Below are positions 38,170-51,191 of a stretch of DNA of 64,000 bases, piece after piece. The notes under the pieces were generated by a model. The model was not told where the DNA came from, did no database searches, and worked only from the letters and a program-made list of their open reading frames with translations. The translations under genes and the position numbers were made by a program. This DNA comes from a virus (taxonomy: Duplodnaviria > Caudoviricetes): IMG/VR virus record IMGVR_UViG_3300031993_000045, positions 1 through 64,000 of that record, one strand, 5' to 3'. Numbering within the stretch: position 1 is the stretch's first letter; each line of letters starts with the position of its first letter.

Positions 38170-41100
38170 ATGGCACATAATTGGAAAACTACTAAAGAAG
38201 GTGGTGTAGGTCTTACCAGTAAAATCGTACAGAGTGGTTCTGGTACATTCCCACTTATGTACGCAAAAGACCTTGACTGGGCTGGTGTTAACGTAGATGA
38301 CGACACAGTATTAAATACCACAGACGATCTTCTTGATTATATCTCTGGTGTAAGCAAGAAAGCAGTACACGAAGAAGTTTCTATTACAACTTATAAGATA
38401 TACGATGCTGCTACCAATGCTTCATTTGAAACAGTACAATACAACAAATATTAGCCGATCACTCTCAACATTGTACGTGCTATAAACGGCGGCGAGTCTA
38501 ATCTGTCAATCGGTGAACAGTTTGACGATCACAAGAAACAGCTTCTTGATTTCAATGGTAATCTTCTTAGCGAAATTTATCTTGAAGACAAAGACAACAT
38601 TGTTGATGAGAATGACAAGATAAAAGCTGGTCTTTCAGCAGGTATTAAAACAATCTCTATTAAGTCGACAGATGGCGATTATGTTCTCGCTTCTTTCGTA
38701 CTTACTATTATCCCACAGGTGGATAAAGCATATATGTTCGACTTCTATACAGCTACTACAACAGAAGACGCTCCCGCTAAGCCGGAAAATGCTAAGAAGA
38801 AGAATGGCGTATGGACAAAGCCTACAGGCTGGAAGTTCATGGAAGAGATGACAGAGGAGATTGCTGATAAGAACAAGTTTATATGGATGTCCAATGTTCT
38901 TATGGAAGGATCAGACGATGATATGCATCAGAAATCTGCTACAGATCCTGTTCGTTTTATAAGAGAGATTGACATCATCAACGACTACAAAGAAACAACA
39001 TCTTTTGCAGCTACTATATTCCGTGCAGCTAAGAAGGGTACAACTCCTTCATGGGCAGGTACAGCTCCTACAGGCGGCAGTTTTAACTACACTACAAAAA
39101 CATTGACACCTCCTACAGATTGGAAGAAGTCAATGAGTGAAGCGGTTACTGCTTACGGTGGTAGTGATTGTGAGGTATATGTATCTTACAACAACTATGT
39201 TGCGTACAAAGAATCTAATGGTACTTATACAGAATCACATCAGACTGGATGGACAACTCCTATAAAATATTTTGACATAGATAATATTATAAAGGAGGCA
39301 AAAGAGGCAGGTAGAGTTTCTGCTGATGCAGCAATCGCTAGAGCTACAGATGATTTGTAGAACGCTAAACAACTTCTCGAAGAGTCAAGCGAACAGTGTG
39401 CAGCTATCATTGATCAGTTGAACTCTGATTATTCTTGGACTCTTCTTAGTGATACTACCGTAAACAATCCTAAGTACACTCTCATACAAACATCTGATCC
39501 ACTATATGCTGCGTTCGGAGCTGTCGGTGGTACGTTATCAATAGCATCTGAAGAGGATTTCAACGACAACGCAAGTCTCACTACAGACGCATATAAAGAT
39601 AAATATGTACTTGTAAATAGTTTTGCAGCCGGAACACCTGCTGCTAGAACTGATTGCTACGTTGGATATGTTCCTACTAGTATGAGCCTCATCACTCAAC
39701 TTGCTAGCATGGACGAGAAGGTACAAGAACTCAAGACTACTGTGGACGAGAAAACAGATGAATATATAAGACTTCAGGCATCTAAGGGTTTCTTGAACAA
39801 TGTAACATGGACTCCTGTTGAGCAATCTGTTTATAATATTGCAAACAGCAGTATTCGTCACAATGTAAGTTCATTACCTGTATCAGGATATACATACGGT
39901 CATTACTATCATCTGACTACTTCTGACACATACTATCGTTGTGACTATCCTATTTCTACAGGATTCTTAAATATTCTTTCTGATAATGTCAACCTCGGCG
40001 TTGCTCAAACACTTGACGGAAATACCATCTCTTCACAGATTACTTTAAGCGTTGACGGTGGTCAGAGCCAAGCAGTAGTTGATGCTGATACTATTGTTCT
40101 TACTGGTACAACCATTGCAGCAGCTATTGCAGCAGGAGAACTTAATGTAGCAAATAAGTGTTATATCAAACCAACAGGTCAGGTTCTTCTTGCACAGGGT
40201 ACAAGCGGTGCATGTTCATTCAATACAGACGGTTCGTTGTCTCTTGCAGGTGGTCAGATCCAATATGCTAAGAACTCTGATAACGTTTATGAACTCTCTG
40301 TAAGTGGTACAATTAACGCACAAGGTGGTAGGATCGGTACAGGAAGTGATTATTGGGTCATTAGTGGAAACAAAATGATCGGTAAGAAATCTAATAACGA
40401 TCAAATACAATTATCCCCAACATACGTAGGATGTCTTTCTAACGGCGGAACAAGATGGGGATGGCGTTTAGATAGAAGTGGCGGCGGTCTATTAGCCAAC
40501 GGCAATATAACATGGAGTGGAAATGGAGAATGTAAAATTGGTACTAACGATTCTTATATTGATGTAAGCTCACAGGGTGTTACACTTCACGGTGCTGGCG
40601 GCGAAATTGCATTAAGCAATGAGAGTATTACAAGCATTAGTACAAATGAGACGATTATTAATTCTCTTAATACGTCAATAGTAGGTACTTTAAACACAAA
40701 GGATCTTACTGTTGGTGGTACAAGTAGATTTAATGCTAATGGTAGTGGTCAGGTAGCCGGTGGCAATATCAGATGGGACGAAGCTGGCAATACTAAATTT
40801 GTAGGCGATGTAGAGGCTACTAACTTTAAGACCGTAAGCACAAACGGAGCTACAGCACTCGAAATAACAACTGTTGGTAAAGCAAATCTCGGTAGTGAAG
40901 CTCTTGAACAAGCTGGTCTTACAGATTACAACTCGTTCACACCTATCATGATTATTCACGATAGAAATGCTGAGGGCGAAGAGGTTGGTAAATACATCGT
41001 TTCGTTGACAAAAATTGGCGGCGTTTCTTCAGAAAAAGAGACTAATTACATTCTAAGTAATGTTTCTTCTAATCCTAAATATAAGGACTTTAAAGAAAAC

Positions 41101-41670
41101 AGACCTGGAACAGAATCTGTACAACGTACAGTATATAAGACAAATGGTGTAGTGACATCTACGGAAGTTAAACCTACTGGAATTTTCTACAAGAGAGGTA
41201 ACAACTATTCAGTTCTTGTAAGCTGTACAAACAACAGTTATTATTTTGTAATGAGTGAAGCTATCGAAATTTTCCGTTACGAGGTATTCGAAGACGGTAC
41301 AGTTTCAACCACACATACGTTTATGGTCAAGGGAGCTTCATACGATCCTACACACAACAGCTATACTGACTCTAGTTGGTTTATCCCTAAGTTGGATATC
41401 AATGGAGATTTTGTTTGGGATACAGATACCGCTGGAAGATATGTAGCAGTAGGTAATCCTTATTACAACGATAATACAGCATATGCTAAATTCGACATGA
41501 AGTTGACTAGCGGAACTAAGGCTCTCGGATGGCAGTCTCAGTCTGTTATCAGCTTGTATGACGGAATCAATGTACATGCATCAGATCCTAAACAGGCTGC
41601 ATTCACAAGTCTGGATTATAGTCTGAACTGGTATAACGGAAGTGGAAGTGGTCCTTGGACTAACGCCTAA
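38170..41670 (+). CDS. Large tail fibre/hub-like protein, 1166 aa with two recoded TAGs
   Basis: Three same-frame track ORFs join through TAG 38452 and 39358 with no TAA/TGA; Gly-rich beta repeats (ANGNITW, GGNIRWD). Confidence 0.8.
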
Positions 41671-41688
41671 CATCACTTATTAATCACA

Positions 41689-42207
41689 ATGTTTGATATT
41701 AAAGGAAGTAAGATATTACTAAATACAGACGACTTGGCTATACCTCCTTTTAAAGATCATTACAACAATGCTAAAGATAAATCTCAAGCATTGAAGGAAA
41801 TAGAATATGTAATATGGTTATACAAATGGAACACACCGTATGAAGCATATTCTGAAAAAGAGAGAGCTCAGAGGGTAGCTTTGGATGTATTTAAGGACGA
41901 GAAATACACCCCTACTGCAGAGGTGAAAGAATTAGCAAAGAGATTTGTTGAGTTCTAGGAAACACCTGGAACTCGACTACTCACTGCTTCAAGAGCTGCA
42001 GCGGAGGGTTTGACAGATGCTCTTACAGAATATTCGGCAGGAGCTATGGATATAGATGTGGCGCTCAAGGTGTCACGTATCTTGAAAGATGTCGGAAACA
42101 TTGTCAAGTCTTTAGATATGACAATGAAACAAGCAAGAGCAGAACAAATAGAAACTGGTAGAGTAAAGGGCGGCGGACAGATCGGTCTTTACGAAATACC
42201 AAAGTAA
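41689..42207 (+). CDS. Conserved protein upstream of terminase (possible small terminase subunit), 172 aa with one TAG
   Basis: Frame open through TAG 41956 (…KRFVEF*ETPGTRLL…). Confidence 0.7.
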
Positions 42208-42214
42208 TAAACAT

Positions 42215-42262
42215 TGGCGCATGTATACGGCTATGTAGGTTCGACTCCTACCTTGCGCCCCA
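42215..42262 (+). ncRNA. tRNA top-half mimic followed by a terminator-like hairpin
   Basis: GGCGCA/TGCGCC stem enclosing GTAGG-TTCGACT-CCTAC; then AGACTGGCCGGTCT-TTTT. Confidence 0.45.
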
Positions 42263-42325
42263 GACTGGCCGGTCTTTTTCGTGATAACTAATTTTATTTT
42301 TAACTCTTTGAAAATATAAAAGCAT

Positions 42326-42664
42326 ATGAACGATAAAGAAGGTATTAACATTCTGCCTGTAGTTGGTGGAAATGGCACAGATTCTGCAACAGCGATGGCT
42401 ATGATGAACAACAATAAATTAATAGTTATGGCAGATAAAGATTATTTCGGAAAGGATAAGTTATACCACTTCTCAGCATGCTTAGGAATAGCAGTTTTCG
42501 AAACCGAAGCTGCTATTGCTGCTGCTCTTGCAAAAGAGTATGGAGATAGCAAAGATAATGATAATCATTGGTGCTGGTGGGACGTTACCGCGGATATACT
42601 CGGCATAATAGTCGGTACTGGTATCAGATTACTTATCACTGGCGGTAAGTGGCACTGGTATTAA
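42326..42664 (+). CDS. Membrane protein, YfiM/VanZ-like
   Basis: KDKLYHF...AKEYGD...WWDVTADILG; true start may be MADKD at 42428. Confidence 0.55.
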   Translation: MNDKEGINILPVVGGNGTDSATAMAMMNNNKLIVMADKDYFGKDKLYHFSACLGIAVFETEAAIAAALAKEYGDSKDNDNHWCWWDVTADILGIIVGTGIRLLITGGKWHWY

Positions 42665-42668
42665 TATT

Positions 42669-44726
42669 ATGGTAGATTTTAACAAAAAGATTAAGAACTC
42701 TGATAAGTTCAGACAAAGCGCCATCTTTTTTCAAGAACATGGATGCTACACTCTTGCTCCCGTTGGAACTACCGATTATACACAATTTTGGGATCAAGAG
42801 ACAGAAAGATGTTTACATGGTTATGTCGCTCCCGATGGAGACGAGATAACTGGATATCACTACTTTTACCTGAATTATTCCCCCATCATGAAACTTGATG
42901 AGGTTGAGTATACGGACAAGCACGGAAACAAGAGAAAGCGAAGAGAGCGTATCTTAGGATTCCCTAGATTTTACGATTATGATTACTACTACTTTAATGC
43001 AATAGAAGAAGCAGAAGATGCCGGAAAGCATATGGCAGTGCTTAAAGCCCGTCAACGTGGATACTCCTTTAAGGGAGCTTCTATGTTGGTACGGAATTAC
43101 GAGCTCATTCCAGGCTCCAAGAATTTTGCAGTTGCTTCCGAGCAGAAGTTCCTCATTGGCGATGGTCTGCTCACAAAAGCCTGGCAGATTATGGACTTTT
43201 GCGACAAACATACAGCCTGGGCTAAGCAAAGGCTTACTTCCACACGTATGGAGAGAGTTAGTGGACTTAAAGTCACGGATGAATTTGGTAAATCCACTGA
43301 ACAGGGATATTTATCTTCTATTACAGGAATCACTCTCAAAAACGACCCAGAAAGAATCAGAGGTACCCGTGGAAAGTTAGTACTATGGGAAGAGGGTGGT
43401 AAGTTTCCTAACCTGCTCACGGCGTGGCGAGTAGAACAGCCGGCCGTTGAAACTGACGACGGCGTAGCTTTTGGTCTTATGGTAGCTTTTGGCACCGGCG
43501 GAACGGAAGGCGGTTAGTTCGATGGACTTAAAGAATTGTTTTATAAGCCGGACGCTTTTAACGTCTTAAGCTTTCCTAATATATGGGATGACAATGCAGA
43601 AGAAACTAAATGCGGATTCTTCGTACCGTCTTGGAGTAACATGGATGCAATTGACGAGAACGGGCAATTCAGATTCATGGACAAAGACGGCAATACGTTT
43701 AAGGACCTTGCGATAAAAGAACTAATAAATCAGAGAAATATAATTAAAGATGGTGGAGCTACACAGCAGTCTATAGACCGCTTCATATCAGAGCGTCCAC
43801 TTAAACCACAAGAAGCTGTACTCGAACTTGGTAAGAATATTTTCCCACGTAAATTACTAATGGATTAGCTTACTAGAATACGAACTAACAAAAAGCTCCA
43901 GAGTATGAAGCACATTGTAGACTTAACATGGGAGAACGGTAGAGTAACAGCACACGAAAAGAAAAGTGGTGATATTACTTCGTATCATCTAAAGAAGGAT
44001 GATAAACCAGACGGATCAGTAGTAATATGGGAGTATCCAGTGACAGACCCTCCATACGGTTTGTATATAGCTGGCTGTGACCCATATGACCATGATGAGA
44101 GTTTTACTAACTCATTAGGATCCACCTTTATATTTAAACGCGTACTTGCTGGAGAAGCTTGGAACGACGTAATTGTAGCTGAGTATTCTGGTAGACCGGC
44201 TACTGCAGAAGAGTACTATGAAAACGTAAGAAAGTTATTAACGTTCTATAATGCAAGACTACTCTTCGAGAATGAGCGTAAAGGAATTTACCCTTATTTC
44301 ACTAATAAACACTGTGATTATTTATTGGCAGACCAGCCTGACAAGATCATTACTGAAATATTCAAAGACAGTAAGGTGTAGAGGCGTAAAGGCTGCCATA
44401 TGACCAAACAGATACGAGCATATGGAGAAGGATTGATTCTGGAGTGGCTGATGGAAGAATATGAAGAAGGTCACATGAACATTGAGAGGGTTTACAGTGA
44501 ACCTCTCATTGAGGAATTGATTGAGAACGATGGTGTAAAGAACGTCGATAGATTGATCGCACTGTGTATGGTCATGTTATATAGAGAAGAGCTGTATTAG
44601 ATAAAAACATCTGCAGCTAAAGAAAGAAACAAACAGGTTGAACTCTTTGATCTGCCGTTGTTCGGATCAGACTATTGGAAAGATGAACCACAACCAGACG
44701 AAAGTTTGCCGCTATTTTCATTTTGA
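42669..44726 (+). CDS. terL: Terminase large subunit, 685 aa with four recoded TAGs
   Basis: LKARQRGYS Walker A, LWEEGG Walker B, GCDPYD nuclease, NVDRLIA; fragments join at TAG 43515, 43866, 44379 and 44598; ends TGA 44726. Confidence 0.93.
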
Positions 44727-44728
44727 AT

Positions 44729-47203
44729 ATGGTAGAAGATAATTTATATAATTCACGGTTTCCACAACAGAAATTACCTCTCTCAAAGAAGAACGAGAAG
44801 TGGCAGCATGATTGTGTAAACTACATCATAGGCGAAGGCAACATCGTCTCAGGAGGAAAAACTCGCTCAGGTCGTGGGGAACTCCAGCAATATTACGATC
44901 TGTATAATAGTATCTTCGACGAGAAAGACTTCAAGAAAATTACTAATCCGTTCAAAGTACAAGACGGATTTCCTGCTACACCACAGGATTTTAACATCAT
45001 TAGACCAAAGGTAGACTTACTTATAGGAGAGGAAACAAAAAGGCCTTTGAACTTTAGAGTAGTTCGTACCTCTCAAGAGTCAGCTTCCGACCTTATGGAG
45101 ACACAGAAACAAATGGTGCTCAATTATGTACAAGCAGCTATTACAGCCAAGATGAGCCCAGAGGAAGCAGAGCAATTCCAACAGCAACTCGCAGAAGGTT
45201 CTGTAATGCCACCAGAAGAGATTGCAAAATACATGGATAAAGATTATAAGGATATAATCGAAAATACAGCTTATCATACTTTGGTATACTTGAGAGAAAA
45301 GCTTGGCATGGATAATGAGTTTGTTAAAGGTTGGAAAGACGGACTTATTGGTGGATATGAAGTATATTATGTAGGAGCACTTGGTTCTGAACCTTATATG
45401 GAACGAGTTAATCCTATAGATTTTGACTTCGACAGAAGTCCGGACCTTGAGTTTATCGAAGACGGTTCTTGGTGCTGCAGGAAGATGAAGCTTCCTATTA
45501 CAGAAGTATATGACCGTTATTATGACAAACTTACAGAAAAGGATCTTAAAAAGCTTGAAGAGATGATAGGTGCTGCATCAGCAACTAACCTCGGACAAGG
45601 AGATGCTTTGGATAGAGGTATTCAATTACGTATATACGATAATCCAAGCTTCGAAGGTCTTGCTAGTAATGCTGTAGACGTGTGGCATTGTTGCTGGAAA
45701 TCTTTTAAGAAGATATTCTATGTAACAACAATGGACGAACAGGGCTAGCCACAAGTCGACATTTTGGATGAAACGTTCACTCCGTTTGGAGATGAGATTT
45801 CAGTAGAGCAAGATTGGATCATTGAGGTATGGGAAGGCTATCGTTGTGGTGCAGATTTATACTTTGGTATTCAGCCGCTTGAGTATCAGCATGTAAGTAT
45901 TGACAATCCTAATAGCCAAAAGTTGCCTTATTGTGGTGCTGTGTATAGTAACACCAACAGTAAGCCACGTTCACTTGTGAGTATTCTCAAGCCACTACAG
46001 TATATGTATATTGTATTGTGGTATAGACTTGAACTTGCCATCGCTCGTGATAAAGGTAAGGTTGTTAATATGGATATTACGCAGATACCTAAGTCCATGA
46101 ATATTACACCAGAACGTTGGATGCATTACTTGTCATCTGTAGGTGTAAACTTCATAAATCCTTACGAAGAGGGTTGGAACATTCCTTCAAGAGAAGGTGG
46201 TAAACCAGCAAGCTTCAATCAGATGACAGCACTCGATCTTACTATGTCTAACGTTATTGCTGAGTACATTCAGCTTATGGATAAGATTGAGCAGCTTGCA
46301 GGAACGATTTCAGGTATCACACAGCAACGTGAAGGAGCTGTTAGCTCTTCTGAGCTTGTAGGTAACGTTGAGCGTTCTGTAGTACAGTCATCACATATCA
46401 CAGAACCTTTGTTCTGGGTACACAACCAATGTAAGAGACGTGTGATGAACATGCTTCTCAATGTAGCTAAAGGCGTTTGGGAAGAGAGTGGTAAGAGAAA
46501 ACTCAGCTATATCTTCGATAATGGAGAGAGAGCATTTATCGATATCGATCCTAAGTTCTATTATGAGGATATGGACGTATTCGTAAGTGATACATCTAAG
46601 GATGTTGAAAACATACAGAAGCTTCAACAGCTTATTCAGCCAGCTATGCAGAATGGTGCTAGCTTACTTGAAGCCGCTGAAGTTCTTACAAATGACAACT
46701 TCAACATACTTAAACAGAAGCTTAAGGATATGCAGACTCGTCAAGAACAGTTGCAGCAACAGCAGCAACAGATTGAGGCTGAGAATCAACAGAAGCTTCA
46801 AGAAATGCAGAATCAAGCTAAGGAACAAGAACTCATGCTTCAGGAAGCACAGATGGATCTCCAGAGATACCAGATTGATCAAGATAACGCTACAAGAATT
46901 GCAGTAGCACAAATTTCTGCTTATCGTGGTACTGAGGATAAAGATGCTGATATGAATGGTATACCCGATCCAATCGAGATCGGTAATCAAGCTCTACAGC
47001 AACAGAAGATCGACAGTGATGCTTATACAAAGCGTTATGAGGCTAAACAGAAGCGTGAAATCGAGAACCAGAAGATTCAGCTTGAGAGAGATAAAATGAA
47101 ACATGAAACCGAACTTCAGAAGCAAAAAGACGATGCTGCTCTCGAAAGAGAGAAAGTAAAAGCTCGTGCCGCACTGAAGAACAAAACCGCTGGTGAAAAA
47201 TAA
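44729..47203 (+). CDS. Portal protein, 824 aa with one recoded TAG
   Basis: FPQQKLP...KWQHDCV crAss portal N-terminus; follows terL; joined at TAG 45746. Confidence 0.88.
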
Positions 47204-49770
47204 TGGGAAGAGGAAGAGGCAAAATAATAAGGCCTACTCATACAGCCGAGCGAATTGCTTGGAAAAAAACCAGTAAGAATGCTAAGACTTTCGATAACAT
47301 TGTATCCAAGCTAAGAAAGGCTGGATACAATGATTACGAAGTTGCCGGTATCATTGGTAATTTCATACAAGAGTCAGGCTATAACTTTAACATGTTTACA
47401 CCAGGAAGAAAAGGTTTTGCTCATATGGATGCAGCTCTTTATGATAAAATGAAGAGCATGTATAAAGATGAGCTTGATTATTACATAGACTGGGGTAGCG
47501 GTAAAGTAAATAAAAAATATAAAGACGATCTTGGTTATAAACAAGGTGTGTTTAAACCAGGTACATACAACGACATAGAGTCTGCTACTAATCAATTTTT
47601 ATCTCAGTTCGAGAGACCTATTATAAAGGATGCTAAAGGAAATGTGATAGGGTATCAAAATAGTAAAGAAAGGCTTGCTTTTGCTAAAGATGTATATAAC
47701 TAGTTGTTGTACGATCATATCGACAATAGTTATAATACTGTATTAAAGCAGCGTATAGAGGAGATGAAAACAGAGCCTACGGATGCTATTCCTTCTAGGC
47801 CTAATATATAGATGCCTATAATGGCTTATGATGATCCTAATATACCTAATACAATAGAAGCAACCGGAGCTCTTCCTAAGAAGAGAATATTGATACCAAA
47901 ACCAGAAGTTCCTGATCTCACGCAGCCTTTAACACCGCCTCCGTTTGAACCAGAAAAGCCTATTGGCACAGAAGGATTTGATGAAGGTAAATCTCCTAAC
48001 AAGTATACTGCAAAAAAGGGAGATAGCCTTTGGAGAATATCTAGAAGATACACTGGACGAGGTGCTAGGTATAAAGAATTGTTGCAAGTCAACGACATTA
48101 AAAATCCTAACTTCATAAGAATTGGACAGGATATTGTCATCCCAGAAGCATGGCTGAAACCTGTTAAGAAGGAAAAAGAGCAGGAACAGAAACAGCTCCA
48201 AAAAGAAGCATCGGCTATAAATAAGATTGAAAAGCCAACCATCGATAATAAAGGCAAAGGCTCTGTTAAATACAATAAGGATTCTGATAGTTATCAGGTG
48301 GTTACTGACGATGGTCTGAATGCCTATAATATAAATAGGAGCGCTTTGGATACTAAACAGGTCGATGTAGAACTTCCTGAACTGGTAGTTACCGGAAACA
48401 AAAACAAGGTAAAAGCCAGAGAAGAAGTTCCTGATAGCATTGCAAGACCTTAGCGTGGAATACAACCTCCTGTTTTTAAAAAGAAATCGGAATACACTCC
48501 TGAACCTACTGTCGACAACGCCGATGCGTATTAGTATCAAATGTACAACCAACCAGAAGGCATACCTGTTCTTGACTATAACACTAATTCCACAATGTCT
48601 AGATCGTGGAACAAACCTACTAAACCAAATGCCGGAGTAAGTCCTTATGAGGTTGGACACCAATAGCGTCCAGCATCAGCGTCGTATGGTAAGGGCGAAC
48701 CTGGAAGATACTATCTCGACGAACAAGCGTTTCAAGATGCGCTCGGAGAAGATTTGGGAAGCGGATTACACGCAATACTTAGTGGAGATTTTGATAAGGC
48801 AAGTCAGATGGCAAGGACTGCATATGCGAGGAAGATGGATAATGCTGAAGAAAAAGCATCCAAAACTTTGGATTACGGTCAAGTTACTCCTGCAAAAAAG
48901 ATTAACAAACCTGTTGTTAAAAAAGAGAAGCCTGTCGAACCTGAAGTTATTAACGAATCTATCAGAGACATTAACAAAGAGAGCGATACCGAATACAAAT
49001 GGAAGAACGACGTCGGCGTTGTCGATCATACTAAGAACAAGTTCTATAAAAAACGTTCTATCAGAATTACTGATGACATGAAGTTTGGAACTAGAGCTAG
49101 AGGAGAATACAACGATCTTCCTTCTAATGATGCAATGATCGCTCTTCTTGACAACGACGGAGAAAAAGGATAGAACAAACATAAGTTTTATTCTTATGAT
49201 GAAGTTATCAAAAAGGGTATTCCTAATTGGGGTAAGTATATGAACCAAAAGGAATTTATCGGTGTAGGTCAAGATGGCACTTTGAAACTTGGAGATATTT
49301 CTAAGTTTAAGAAAGGTGACAAGATGAAGGTTATAAGTTATATAGATGTAGGCGACATCCCTAAGGATAAAAATGGCAACTACATTTATAAGACTGCTGT
49401 CGGAAACGCAAGTAGATCTAGTTTGCAAGTAACGAGTGACGGCAAGGTCGCAGGGTTGCTTACTGCAAGAAGGTCTAGTACTGGTGGTAAAGCTAACGGT
49501 AGTTATTATAACAACATTGCCGGAGGAACAATGCTTCTCAAGTGTGGATCTGAAACAAGACTTGTCAGTGGAAGTATTGACGACATCATCGCTACGCACA
49601 ACATTATGAGACAGAATCATAAAGGTAAGACAGTAAGATGGTACAACGTTGATAACGGTTCTTATAACAGAGGTCTTAGAACCAAAGTAGGAAACATTAA
49701 AGCTAAAGATCTGGAAGACTACGATGGTCAGAATACCGGTGGTGGTAATTTCATTTATAGAAGAAATTAA
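47203..49770 (+). CDS. Lysozyme-like plus LysM protein, 855 aa with six recoded TAGs
   Basis: AGIIGNFIQESG and QFERP (phage tail lysozyme-like); LysM YTAKKGDSLW..IS...N.IKNPNFIRIGQDIVIP; TAG at 47701, 47809, 48451, 48532, 48664, 49171. Confidence 0.8.
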
Positions 49771-49775
49771 CAACT

Positions 49776-49940
49776 ATGGACAGCCCTGTAAGAAAAATGC
49801 AAAAGCGAAATGACTATAACCGTCATAGGCTTTTGAGGAAGATCAAGAGACAACGTAAAGCTTAGGTGAAACAGTAGATGGTGTCTGCGGAAAAAGAACT
49901 CAAGCGTAGATTAAGAGTCACACCACCTAGGTTAAAATAA
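49776..49940 (+). CDS. Small Arg/Lys-rich protein, 54 aa with two TAGs (absent from the track)
   Basis: MDSPVRKMQKRNDYNRHRLLRKIKRQRKA*VKQ*MVSAEKELKRRLRVTPPRLK. Confidence 0.65.
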
Positions 49941-50007
49941 TCACAATTTGAAATAACGAGCTACACGTAATGTAGCGTAAAGAATTAACTAATTATATTT
50001 TATAATT

Positions 50008-51174
50008 ATGGCAAGAAAGAAGAAAGTTGATCTGTCAGCATTGGACGGAGTACTTAGTGGACTTGGTTACACCAACCCTATGGGTTAGGAAGAGACAACT
50101 GACGTTACTAATATTCTAGACAACGGTGGCATCGAAAACTTGGATAATCAGAACACTACCAGCAACATACAAACAAGTGCTGAGGATGATGAAAAGGATG
50201 ATTTCGATGACAACTCGGATATTCCTGATAATGTATTAAACCAAAATAAAAACACATCCAATCCTGACGACGACCCCGACAAGTAGGATGATCCTGAAGA
50301 CGGTGACGATCTAAATAATATAGACGAACCAAATGAGAATGAGACAACACAAATCGGATTATTCTTTGACGCATTTGCTGAGGAACTCGGTTGGGATGTA
50401 ACTGACGAAGAGAAGCCAAAGTCAACCGCAGAACTTGTGAATTACATTGGTGAACTCATCGAGCAGAACAGTACACCACAGTTTGCCAACGATCAAATTG
50501 CGCAGCTTGACGCTTATGTCAGAAATGGTGGAAAGTTCGAGGATTTTTATCAGCGTCAGCAAGAGTCTATTAACTACGAGTCGATGGACCTTGAGGATGA
50601 ATCTAATCAGAAAGCAGCAGTTCGTGAATATCTTCGCTATCAAGGCTATAACGATGATCAAATCAATCGTAAGATTGAGCGATACGAAGATGGCGACATG
50701 CTGGAAGAAGAGGCTGAGGATGCACTAGCTCAGCTCAAGACAATTCGTGCAAAAGAATTGGAGGAGCAGGAGAGATTGCAAGCTCAGGCTAGACAAACTC
50801 AAGAGGAGCAGGCTAGACAGTTTATGGAGAGTCTTACTCAGAGCGTAAACACACTCGATAACATTCGAGGTATTGCGATTCCAAAAGAGGATCGTAAGAA
50901 GTTGTTCGACTACATTACAAAGGTTGATGCAGACGGACTTACAGCTTATCAAAAAGACTTTAACGCAAACATGGTCAACAACCTTATTGAGTCTGCATAC
51001 TTCACAATGAAGGGCGATGCTCTTCTTGGTGAGGCAACACGCAGCGGTCGAACATCTGCTGCAAATAAGCTTAGAACAATTTTGAGACATCAGACTACTA
51101 ATCACAGTAGATACAATGTCAATGATAATCAACAGCGTTCAGCCGTAGATCTTGCGTCACAGTTCTTCGGATGA
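50008..51174 (+). CDS. Acidic scaffold/capsid-assembly protein, 388 aa with two TAGs
   Basis: Frame open from ATG 50008 through TAG 50086 and 50284; directly upstream of the MCP. Confidence 0.75.
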
Positions 51175-51191
51175 ACCCAATCAAATAATAT

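Noticed and set aside
42669-47203. Terminase and portal as pseudogenes or intron-split genes
   Set aside because: All breaks are single in-frame TAGs with no frameshift or inserted sequence, and a CTA suppressor tRNA is encoded
47929-49773. Long minus-strand ORFs (244 aa and 335 aa)
   Set aside because: Antisense shadows of the recoded lysozyme-LysM gene
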